A stretch of 64,000 nucleotides of DNA from Raillietiella orientalis (taxonomy: Eukaryota): positions 4,030,001-4,094,000 of the forward strand of contig JAYWIR010000006.1 in the NCBI GenBank assembly GCA_036172245.1, written 5' to 3'. The translations under genes were made by a program, and so were the position numbers. Numbering within the stretch: the first letter of the stretch is position 1; the number at the start of each line of letters is the position of its first letter. The notes under the pieces are model-generated. The model made no database searches, had not been told where the DNA came from, and saw nothing but the letters and a program-made list of their open reading frames with translations. Shown in pieces: positions 1 through 11,900 of the stretch.

Positions 1-82
1 GGGCGTTATGTCTGCCAAATTTTCATGGCTTGTTTACATTATTCACCATCAACGTTCTGTTGCACTTATTTTATGATTTTAG

Positions 83-1368
83 TTACAGCTTGCCTTTGCT
101 GAAGGAAAGCTGAAGCCAGGACTGAATGCAATAAAAATAAAGAAAAATCCAGTCAACAACGTGGTAAAAAATACTGCTTATATATTGCATTGTTCTTATG
201 TTATGTTTGTTTTGATAGAATTCTATGAAACAAAAGTTACAGGAGTTTAAACTTCACTTGGATTGGCTAGAAACTCTGGATTCATCTGTATCTGTTGATG
301 GAATTACGGAAAAGATTCTTAGACAGGTCTTTTTTTTGTTTTTTTTTGAATCCAGAAATTCATAATTTCGTGAGTGGTGGGTGAAAGGAAGCTAATGAGC
401 ATTTCTACGTGGGCAAATATTGACAGTTCATTTTTGTTTTTGTTTTTTTCTATTTGAAGGAAGAAACACTTGAACTGGATTTGAAGTCAGATTTGTCCAT
501 GTCAAAGATTTCAGCTGATGATGATTTAAAAAGAGAATTATCATTGTAAATATGTTTTCATAAAAACTGTTGACTGGAATTATTGAAACTGAATGTTTTA
601 GTTATAGACAAAGTCAAATGTCTGTAATGGAAGCTCTTTCAAAATTGCATGCCTTAAATGTAGTCACAAAAAGACCAAATGATTACTTTGCTGAAATGGT
701 GAAGAGTGATGATCATATGCAAAAGGTAAGACCTTTAGATGCACTAATTTTAATTTATCATGAGCACTCAGTCCTATTGGATAGTACTTGTATAAATATT
801 AAGCAAACGTAAAGTTTATATTGAAAAAATGGAACTGTTGCTTTCAATTGCCCATTTTGCTTTTCCCAAGGTCCAAGAGCGGATAATGATGAAGCAATCC
901 GAAATGGAACGATCTGAAAAGGCTAAACAATTGAGATTGTTGAAAAAACAGGGAAAGAAGATACAAACTGAGGTATCTTTGCAAAAAAAAAAGGAAACAA
1001 AGCAGTTCTCGGAAAAACTTAAGCAATACAGTAAAAAAGAATTAAATAACTTAGATTTCTTAGAGGAGAGTAAGCAGAAGAATCAAGGGCATGCCAGTAG
1101 CAATCCAAAAAGGTAAATCAAAGAGAAGGGTAGCAGTTTTTACAGTACTTACAGCAGAGTTCAGAAGAAAAAAATTAAGGATCGTAAATATGGGCATGGT
1201 GGGCAGAAGAAGAGAAGCAAATACAATACATCATCCAGTTATGTTAGCGTTACGAATGATATGCTCCCTAAAAGGAAAAAATCTAAACAAATGCTCACTA
1301 AAAAGCAAAAATCCAGATTACCAAAAAGAGTTCATTCTAAAAATAAAAAAAAAAGTTTTAAAGCATGA
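83..1368 (+). CDS. EBP2: rRNA-processing protein EBP2 (EBNA1BP2 homolog), 5'-partial, 6 exons in window
   Basis: GT-AG exons join in phase: 83-163, 219-326, 460-545, 602-725, 871-1112, 1158(or 1155)-1368 (TGA). The translation has Ebp2 motifs LQLAFAEGKLKPGLN, LDWLETLD, DDLKRELSFYRQ, KRPNDYFAEMVKSDDHMQKV, KAKQLRLLKKQGKKIQ and KDRKYGHGGQKKRSKYNT. The first exon lies upstream of the window. Confidence 0.95.
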
Positions 1369-2232
1369 ACTGTGTGAGCACATTTGCTTTCAAGTTTCAG
1401 ATTTTCTCTTTATTTACAGTTTTTGCTTGGCAGTATCATGAGATCTGACAAGACAAATGGACTCTAATTGCTTTTTTTTTTTTTTTATAGTTCTTGTTGA
1501 GAAGTGCTGTTCATAATGTTCTTGCATATTCCAAGACTGTATTAATATCTTGTGAAGTTTTCAAAATTTCTTTGGTACCTGGATAACATCAATGGTTATG
1601 AATATGCACATTTTGAGTACATGCTTCTTCATTTTATGAGGGATGCAAAACTACTTTTTGTCTCTGCAGAGTGCTTGCTTTAAATGATTTGATGGAAATG
1701 TTAGTAATTTCTGATTACAGAGGAAATGCATTTTAAAGGTGTCTCAAATGAGCTCTACACATTAAAAGCAACTATGCACAAAAAATGTTGCAAGAATTAG
1801 ATACTCATGAGTCTGTAGCAAAGCAGTGTACTTAATTTTGTATCACTCATGTTACAAATCACTTCAAGTGATCACAGGTCATAGGAAGAAAACACGAACA
1901 ACCACATGTATTAACAGTAAAATATTGAAACTTGTCTTCATATAAGTTTTAGAACTCTTCTTTAATGGTATGGAACCATTTGCATCAAGTGAGTATGAGT
2001 GCATGTTCATTTAAGAACTTTTCTAGATGCAAGTCTGCATGAAATGAGATTGCAGTACGTATACACAGATAATTCTTACCATGGGACTTTCCGAAAACAC
2101 TCTCCAAACCATGACTGATAGTCTATTTGTTCACAAAAATTGGAAATGCACACAGTTAAAGTTCTTTGCCGTTTTTACACAGAATACAAAGAAAAAGCAG
2201 AATAAGTCGGCAAAAATTACGGTATACACAGA

Positions 2233-2238
2233 TTTATT
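2233..2238 (-). terminator. Probable poly(A) signal AATAAA of PRKCSH
   Basis: tttatt on the + strand, ~115 nt downstream of the PRKCSH stop codon. Confidence 0.5.
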
Positions 2239-2352
2239 TAAATATCAGCATTAGAATTAAAAAAAAAAAATATACACTTATATATCTGTTGCTATAGATG
2301 ATAAAATATCTTTCTAAAAACAGTTCTTCTTGCTTCAGTTGTAGTTCTGAAA

Positions 2353-5300
2353 CTATAATTCATCATGAAAAACATCTTTCAGTGGCTTAGGTGGTGAACA
2401 TGCTGCCACTGTTGCAAATTGGAAAACGTATTCACATCGAGAAGGTTCTGATACAGATGTAATTTTATCTTCAACATCACAGATTAAATGAACCTGAAAC
2501 AACTGTTGACAACTGACATTGTAAATAAGCAATTTACTTGTGTTGATCGATGGGGTCCATTCCAACATGCAGCTCCATGAGAATATTTCATGGAAGCATA
2601 TTTGTCAACTTCAGGACCACTCCATTCAGACCAGGAGCCTAGTCTTGTTTCCATCCCACCAGTCAGAGGGGCCTGGGTGACCTGGAAAACCAAGCATCTT
2701 TTAGAGTTGAATTCCATTTTTTGTCTTCAAGTTTCACCTCTTTGAATAGACAGAGCTTGTAAATATAATCCTGATCTTTATATTCAAAACACTGATCTCG
2801 CAATGGAACAAACTGATGACTGTCTCCCATGTCCATATTCAGGAACTGATTTAGGTTTTTGATTTCATCCTGGAGATTGATTAAAATCCTACTTGTGTTT
2901 TCAAGTTCTTCCCTTGCCATGTTGGCAACTTCAGATCAAAATGAGCTACTACTCAAAGCTGATCGTTCTCACCAGTAATCAGTCTCTGAGTTTCCTCATC
3001 ATATTTCTGATATATATCCTCTTCTGAAGCTACAGGCAAAGGTGGAGGAGGCGCATCTATCACTTCTTCCTCATCCAGTTCTTCCTGAATACAACAGATA
3101 TCAAAAGCACTCTAGTTCATCCTTCAAACCTCATTCTCACTGTCAGCATCACCAGTGCCACCTGGGAAATTTAGGTCATCTTCCTGAGCATCAGCATTAA
3201 AATCACTAATCTGAAACACAATGCAAAACATAATGGTGCATTTGATGTTTACCTTTTGAGGTAGATGGCTTTCGGATAATGAAGGACTAGATGAACTTTC
3301 CTCCTCTGAGGAAGTGTCTTTCAAGTGTAAGTATGGCTTCATTAATTGCCACCCTGTATTGAGAAATTCTTCAAAATTCATCCCTTCTTGATTTGAGAAA
3401 AAAAACTGTAAGTGCATAGTGAAAAAACGCTTTACATTTTACTCTGGGAATTTTACCTTGGCTTCCTGTTCGGAAACTTCCCCATTCTTGTCTTGATCAA
3501 AGACCTTTTGCTGTTGCACCTCACTGGTATGTAACCTAAAAAATTTTGTCAACCACTTACATAGCCAACCACCTCATGTACTGACATCCCATCTTTATTT
3601 AAATCAATATTGTCAAAAGCTTTGCGAGCTTCCTCTTCTTCTTTTTCTCTTTTTTGTTCGTCTAGTTGTCGTAGCTTTTCTTCTTCAAGCAATCGGTACT
3701 TTTCCAGAGCTGCTTTTTCTGGCTCTTCTGCTTTTGACACTTGTTCCTGTTTCTCAGCTTTTACAGCTTCCAAAAGAACTTTCTGGGCTTCTAAATCAAC
3801 AAGCAAACTCTATAAACAAAGATGTTTACTGGATTCTGTTTTCCAAAAGAAATTAACCTTTTTCTCTTCAATCAGCTGTTTTCCTTTTGCAGAATACTCC
3901 AGTTTGATTTTATAACCTGCTTCTTCTAATTCATGCTGTCGTTTGGCTTCTGCATATGCTTTTTTCCCTAGTTCTTTACATTCACTTCTGCAGCTTGCTG
4001 TAGAATTGTATTCATCTGATGCATCACAACAATCTAAATAAATGCATAGTAAACAGTCTAAACATATGCATGGAGAAGTTCACTTCATTAAACATGGAAA
4101 TAAATGCAATAACTTTTTTATAATTAAATTGAACAATAAAACAGCATTCAAAATGAATTGCATCCTTCAGAAATGTCTCAACGTAAATGAAATTTTTCAG
4201 AAATTAAATGCTAGTTTCAGCCATTATGTATTTGAGGCACTGAAAAAATATCAGACAAAGTATCTCACGCTTATTCGATATTTTTCCGAGTTGGAAATCT
4301 GAATGAACTTTCAATTTATTTGGTTGGATATCTCTTGTAAACCTCACTAAATTTCTGGTTTGAAAGATGAATTTTCGAGATTCGCATTTTCAAACTTATT
4401 CAGAATTTAAACTATTTATGCAACAATCATATCAATCACTGACCTTAAACAAAAACAATCAATTAAATGAAAGGATGAATTGAGATCCATCCCAATGTAC
4501 AAATATACATAAAGTGTTTGGCGAACTCAATAAAAGCCAAATATTTATAGGCTTTTAATGTACTATCATGAGTCCTTTAAGACTCAAGAATGAGTACACA
4601 TATTACCTTTAAACTACCTTTGATTTAATTATTACCTTTCAATATTACGTTTTTTCTTTACAAGCATTAGTCACTCTCAGATATAAAGATCATTCTGAAC
4701 ATTGAAAAGATCTTACATTACTTTCATTCATTACTTTTTCACACTTCAGTTAACTTTTAAATCGAATGAAAAATTTCCCTGTTTATTAAATACGCTTTTC
4801 ATTGCTAGAATGATTCTTTTAGCATTTCAGATAAAAGAAAAATCTGAAAAGGAAAACATGAACGAACCATCAGGTAAAACCCTGATTGCTCTCTATTACA
4901 AAAATAGGAAAATATATACTTCTTGTAAAGATTGCTGATAGGACATAAGTATTAATGAGGAAACATATGAAACAAAATTCAAATTCAAGGATTCAGGCTC
5001 AGAAATTCAGGGTTAAGACAAAATCTTTAGCTATGGTAGACATGATAAGTAAACAGAGGACATTTTGAGTTTCCTTGTGAACTTTCAACATAGCACTTCA
5101 GACTGATCATTGCCCAAATAGCTACAACAGTTTTCTAAGCCAAATGCTTCTACTTTTTGCTCTGGCTGTGTCTCCAGTAATTTTTTACTTTTTCACACTA
5201 ACTTTACATTGGTTCCACCTTCCATTTTCACACAATACAAAATATTTTAAAAATAATCAATAAATACCACAGAATCCATCGTTTACATAGGCTGAAGGAA

Positions 5301-6905
5301 TATATTTTGATTTGTATCCCAAATTATCACAGTGAAATCTCCCATTTGAGCAAGCAGAAGTTCCAGGTTCATCGGTACCATCTAAACAATCGCAGTAGTC
5401 ATCATTTACATATTTAAATTGAAAGCTTCTGCTGCCATCCAAACAAGTAAACTCTTCTGAGGGATCATAAAGTGCAGCATCTAAGCATAAATAAGAAAGC
5501 ATAAAAAGTATCTAAACATACAACATATTCTACTTTCGATAAATCTGTGAAAATGATGTTACAATCATTACAACTGTTATTAAGGTGATACATTCTGTTA
5601 AAACAAAATACTTGAAATGAAATTTATGGAAACATCAACCAAATTGTGGTGATGATTCAATAATCCCAACTGATATAGCAATCATATATCAAATACTAAT
5701 CGAACTTTGAAACAACATCAAGCATTCATGCTGCAAAGAGTTTAAACTCAATCATTAGAATTTTTGAATAAAACTAAAAATCAGTGTTCTTCAAAATATG
5801 GAAAGCAACTTGCTTGCTGAATTGATAACACCAAAATCTACCAAAACCTTGTGCAAACTTGTTACATTTCTGAATCCTTATTTATAAATCCAGATCTGCA
5901 ATAGTAAACAATTTAATGATGCTCATCAATAATTCAAAGTAACAGCCAATTTTGCTTTCTCGATTTCTCAAAATTATTAGATGAAGAGTCATGCATTACA
6001 GGAATAAATAGTCTGAAAACAAATCTTTTCAGTCATCAAATCTCTTGTTTCTCAAATACGAAATATACCCTCACTGTTATCTATCAACCTTAAACGAAAA
6101 TTAACGAAAGAGGTATTCAAGGATTATCATTCAGCAACACAGTCGAATCTACAAAAGACAGCAATACAATCTTGACAGTTTTGTGATGCACGGCCGTGAT
6201 CACCTTATTATGTTCTTGTGGGAGAATGATTTTTTTCCAAATGAACATACCAGAAGAAATCCCAAATAAAGCCAATTTTTTCTAACCTGGAATCAAATTT
6301 TCTTTCTCGATTTCACCAGTAACAGACTTTCTATACAAAATGTGCTTTAATTCCTAGGTTTAAATAGTTATAGGGCGATCAAAACACACACTAAGAAATT
6401 CTGAAAATGACTTGCTGTTGGTTTATTTGGTGCATTTCATATGAAATCCAGTAACGGGAAATTAGATCTATCTGTTTCAACTTCAGATATCCGAGAACAA
6501 AGTGAAACAAACTATAGGCCATGAATTTCCGATAAACAGGGACCTTGCATTAAAATGTGGATTTTCAGTCTACAAACCATGTTAATTTATCCAAGAAATG
6601 AACAACTAAGTTTCCAAAAGTTTGATTCTTAATAGCATTTAGATATTAAACCGCTAAAAAAGAGACATGCAATTCATGCAATTAGGGTGGGTTTGCATCA
6701 AACTTCTTTGTAATTCTCAATGAAACGCTATTTCTTCAAAAGTTACATTTAACGACTTGGTAAGGATCTATAACAGTATCAGGAAGTTGATCTAATTACC
6801 CACGATAGATACTCCTCTTGGACGTAAGTAATTTCCATATACGCCAATTGGGTACAAGAACAGGTATATTATGTTTAAAATAATAATGTATATTTTTGAT
6901 ATCAT
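2353..6905 (-). CDS. PRKCSH: Glucosidase II beta subunit (PRKCSH/80K-H), 11 exons, 539 aa
   Basis: Exons in minus-strand order: 6905-6800, 5480-5268, 4033-3858, 3809-3586, 3535-3457, 3405-3253, 3210-3130, 3084-2973, 2928-2738, 2681-2538, 2493-2353. All introns are GT-AG and the total is 1620 nt. Features: signal peptide MISKIYIIILNIIYLFLYPIG, RPRGVS, the LDLa-like FTCLDG..VNDDYCDCLDGTDEPGTSACSNGRFHC, EF-hands (DLNKDG, DQDKNGEVSEQE), an acidic tract, the MRH domain (CFEY..YIYKLCLF..MKYSHGAACWNGPHRST..SEPSRCEY) and C-terminal HDEL. Confidence 0.97.
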
Positions 6906-8983
6906 ATCACTGCAGCCAGGTGAAAAAGTACTCCGCTAAACGACTGCACGAGGCGACACGTGACACCCGTACATGATGAAGACAATGAGACCCCAGTGGC
7001 TGCACGACACCTTTCCCCTACCTACGAATGCATCCAGGAAATTTCGTGGGACATGGTGTGGAAACCTCTTAACCCAAACGTGGAGATATCCGTGATTTGA
7101 GTCCACTTTGTGATTTCCTTAAAGCCAATAATAATAATAATAACGCGGGGTACAGAACAACCAAATCAGGCAATAAGTAGAAAATTAGAATTTTCAAATA
7201 GCACCATGATGTATTAAGTTCAGCTCTGAAATGTTGACATTACATGGAATTTGTTCAAAGTTTTATATCCTTTATATTAAGCTTTCTTCCTACATATTAA
7301 GTATAGAACAAAATGAACAGGCAACGCACACTGTAATAGTAATTGAACACCACATATCATGTTCACGATTATGAAGAGAACAGAAAATTCCAAAATAAAA
7401 TATAAAATGGAATCTTCGAGAAAAAAAAGGTTTTTATAACCTACTTCACACGTAGTTATAATACATATCGTAAATTTGTAAAGAGTATACACCCTAGAGA
7501 ACAAACAAAAAGGAAACGAATCTAAACTCCTTCCATTCAAAAGATTTAAAACGATACTGAAAAGTTTTGTTAAAAATTGAAGCCATCAAATTTTTAACAA
7601 AGTACGGCGGATGGATGATGATAAAATCATGCTTTCATTTTCAATCATTTTTTCAATCATTAATTCCGGAAAATAATAAAGGCATGGTAGAACCTCAGCA
7701 GCTTAATCTACTGCAAAATTTTTACTGGTTTATTAAATTAATCGAAACTAGGGACTTAACATCCAAGATAAGATGGGTTGAAGATCAGAATTTGAGATCG
7801 TAAGACTAAATCATGTTCTCTTATTAACGAAAACGCACTTTATTTTAAAATTCTTTTCGAAGTTCCTAATGTTGACAACGAATCGATTATTAGAAATAAA
7901 TGCTTGCAAAACAAGCAAAATGACGTGACCATCAATGCTATACGAACTTTATCAGCGTGAATGTTGTCGTCTTATATGCGCCTTCTCGTACTTTCTGAAA
8001 AAATGTGATAGTCAAATCATATACAAAGACTTCTAGGTTGATAAATTGTTGGGTTGTACCAAGCACGCATTTCATCGTATAGGAAAGGTGTCGAAAGACA
8101 GTTAAACTTTTCGTAAGTCTTTCATATGAAAATATATTTGTGAAACAAAATGTTGAACAATGCAACAACTGTTTGGATTCCACCTGGAGCTCTCAAGTCT
8201 TTTCTCGTATAAACATACCTTGAAGCATAAGCTTTAAGGACTTCCAAACGACAAGGAAAAAAAATAAATGCCTTTGAGTGTTTTTGATATGAACAGCCAA
8301 AAATTCAGTCAGCTTTTAAAAATGCTGGAAAGACTTCTGAAAGTTTTTTTTTTTTTTGAATTACAAATTTAAATTATGAAGTGACCTGGGAAGAAATCCA
8401 AGATACATTTCGGTTTGCTATCTATTTAAAAGCTCTAAATGATAAAAATATGTTGAATCTAATAAACGCAAACGTTTTGTTCGCTTTTTAAAAATAGTAG
8501 CAAATTCTTCTTCATTGTCATTACTTTTTGAATAAGCGCCATTTATTATTGAAATAGAATGTATTCTAAGAATGTGAAACTATGTTTCTAATTATGAAAA
8601 ATAAATGTGAGAGATGAAGGTATCTACGAACTGTATATTTTTGAAACTATTTGGCGAACTAAATCCGTTTTCGGATGGGAAAGCATTACTCCAACACAAA
8701 ATAAAAGTTATAATATACACTGTCGGGGTTAGTGTTGACTCTCATAAGCCTCACTCCTAAATGAGGTAGTCAGAATGTTCCCCTTCTCGATTTGGCCGAA
8801 ATGATGTTTTTCGAAGATTTAGATCTATTCTCAATTTCTGTTTATCTAATATGAAATATCTTTCACACATTTAGAATAGCTTGGAAATTGTGTGAAGAAA
8901 ATTTGATCTGAGCAATAATTTCAGTTGGCAATGTTGAATTTTTGAATAGTTCTCAGTTCAGGTGGTACCAGGTGTCTGACTAT
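6906..8983. promoter_or_regulatory. Divergent (head-to-head) promoter interval PRKCSH/TMTC4, locally CpG-retaining
   Basis: The two genes start back to back. CpGs are visibly more frequent here than in the flanking gene bodies. E-box GACACGTGAC at 6955-6964 and TGACGTGA at 7921-7928. Confidence 0.55.
7188..7319 (+). repeat. Dispersed AT-rich repeat, copy A (similar to 9429-9545)
   Basis: Collinear similarity gaattttc(a/c)aatagca..ttaagttca..aatgtt..acattacatggaatttgtt..aaag. The 19-nt core at 7237-7255 is identical to 9478-9496. Confidence 0.7.
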
Positions 8984-11900
8984 ATGCATATTTATTTTTC
9001 ATCATTTGTGTTGTATGTGTTCCTATTTCTGCTCGGTGTTATATGTCATTACCCATGTATCTTTGGGAACTTTGTTTTTGATGATAGAGAAACAGTAATT
9101 AACAACCCAGATGTAACAGGCCAAAGAAATTGGATCAGTAGTTTCCAAAATGATTTTTGGGGAAACAATCTCACTCATAACTCAAGTCATAAATCCTATC
9201 GTCCATTAACAGTATTGAGCTATCGGTAAGAAATGATTCGTTTCTTGCTCGTTAACTTTGTGCAGTAAGAAATTTTGGGTGAAATAGTAATAAGTTGTAA
9301 CTTCATTTTGTAAAATTTCGCGGAAAAGTGCTTGCAAATTATTGTGAATTTATATGAACAGAAGACCAGACGCAAAGTATGTATCGGTGTAATATGTGCC
9401 GGATCACGACCAAAGGTGTATTTGGTATGAATTTTCCAATAGCATCATCATAGGTTAAGTTCAACTCCCTAATGTTCACATTACATGGAATTTGTTTAAA
9501 GGTTCATGTCTTTTATATGTATTAAACATTGAACAAAACTAACAATATATGGAATCATATTCAATATGTAGTGTTATTTATGATTCGTACCTTATGAATT
9601 CCGAGAGACCCCAAAGTTGTATTTTATATGGTGACGTATCATTTGCCTTGTTTGTGATGGTGGTTTGAAAATCTCTATTTCATTGTTCATTTTCAACTCT
9701 CTTCTTTCATTCGGTATGCTTTCAGCAGACCACACCAGTGAAACTGATTTTTATTGCCTGCATAGTAAGAATTTCTGGATAAAATGAATGAAGTAGTCCA
9801 TCTACTTTACACCAGTTTATGTTTAGAACATTGATAGCACAAGCATAGAGACCTCCAAGTTGCCTTGTGTTTTCTAAACACACTGAAATAAGTAGTACAA
9901 TTTAGGATATTGGCATTAATTTTTTTTATTTTTCATGATCCATGGTCATGGAAAGTAAATTAAAGGAATGCTTTGATGGAAATTTCAAGAATTGAGCATT
10001 CCTCATCTTTCATTAAGTAACCTTGCAGCATATGGTTCATAGAAAAAGGACATCAGAAAACTAATAAAAGTCTATTTGTTCAAGGATGTATGTGGTGTGT
10101 TCATTTAGGTTGCAATCTTTGTTTATCCAATCCTAGTGATGTGGATTTTGAAGAAACTATTTATGGATTCTCCTATTCTTATTCGAAATTATTTTTTTAC
10201 ACCTCACATAGAGTGTCTTATTTAGTTTTTTATTTTGTTTTTATACTGAATCATTGTTGATTTAGTTATGATGAAAGAGATAATTCTGGTAGCATATTTT
10301 TCAAATTAACCAACAATTATTACTTCAGAACAAGGTCTATAAAATACAAAAGATTCTCAAACTCATAACTTTGTTTCAACATGAATGCATTGAACTGTCG
10401 AATGTATGCATCTTTTTCATTCAGGTTATTAGCATGTCATCAGTTGCTTTAGATATGCATAAATGAATAATCTGTAATTACATGTTAGCTAGAAAGTTGA
10501 TAATATAATATCATAGGTTGATACTTTCTGGTGTTGTTCTGAAGTAGTGATTTGTCAATGTTCATTTAAGTGTTGTAAAAATAGTGTACACATTTCATTA
10601 TAATTACTTAAAAATGTTGGTTTGTGAACATGTTCACTTCATGTAGATTTAATCCAACCCAAGTGCAGTTATTAGTCAAGCTGGAATAACTGCAGCCTAC
10701 GTGATTATCATCACACATGCAGGATATCACAGTGCCACATGTTGCCTAAACTGTATAAGGATTCAGAAAAATTCTTGTATTTATGTACATGACAAAATTC
10801 AAAATATTTAAATATTAAAAAGTGAACTGCGTGAACATACTCAATGTAGAAGATGGAATATTCCAATATGTTGGTTTCTATATGTAATTCCCTTGCAAAA
10901 ATGAACATCAGTCTTGAGTTTAATTGTATCTTGTAATTAGTTTTGCTTAGCAAGTGCCATCAAAGGGAATGGCAGTTTTTGTTTCGAAAAGAAATTTTTT
11001 TTGTATAAAACTCTTTTTTCACACAACTTAGGTTTCATTTATTGTCTTATTTCAGTTTTAACGTTTGGATTGAAGGACAAATAAACCCCCTGTCATTCCA
11101 TGTGATCAACATCATGTTGCATGGGATAAACTGCATGCTGATTCTGAAGGTGTATTCTGATATTGTGACAAAACCTTGGTCTTTAGTTGGGGCTTCCTTG
11201 TTTGCAGTTCATCCTATAAATACAGAAGCAGTAAGACATATTTGAATATACACTGTTTGTTTAAATGAGAATTTCAAACCTTTGAATACTTTGAATTTCT
11301 TTTTAATTAATTTCCAGTTTGTGCGATGTCATTATTTTTGAGTGAAAAGCATGTGAAAAATCATTTCAATTAACAAGTCAGTGTTGTTCCAGGTATGTGC
11401 CATTGTTGGACGAGCTGATTTATTGTGTGCCTTATTCACAAATCTGTCATTGTGGGCATACAAAAGACATATGTGCCATTCATCCAGACAAAAGTGTCTT
11501 TCAATGCTTCTTTGTTTTATTTCTGCAGTCTTTGCACTTTTATCCAAGGAGCAAGGCATTATGGCTCTGGTATGAATTGAGTATTAAATATGCAGTATCT
11601 AATTAAGTTTCTCAAACATAAGATTATATGTTTATTGTATGATCTTTTCCTTGGTGTTGGAGTTCAGTTTTTTATGTTGAAAGCTTACTTCAGAATAAAT
11701 TATATTTTAAAATTAAAGCAGTGTGTTGGATATGAATATCTGTTCAGAACAGTCATGCTTTTTTTCATGACACTATTATTGTTACACTTCAGATTAAAAA
11801 TAATGGAATATTCAACACCAACATTCAGCATTAATGATAATCCATCTGCATTTATGGATTCCAAAATTTTTAGGGTAAGTATGATTTCCACATTGTGTAA

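Noticed and set aside
3536..3560. 25-nt PRKCSH intron using the gtaagt at 3560
   Set aside because: Too short and breaks the frame. The 50-nt intron from 3585 restores the EF-hand.
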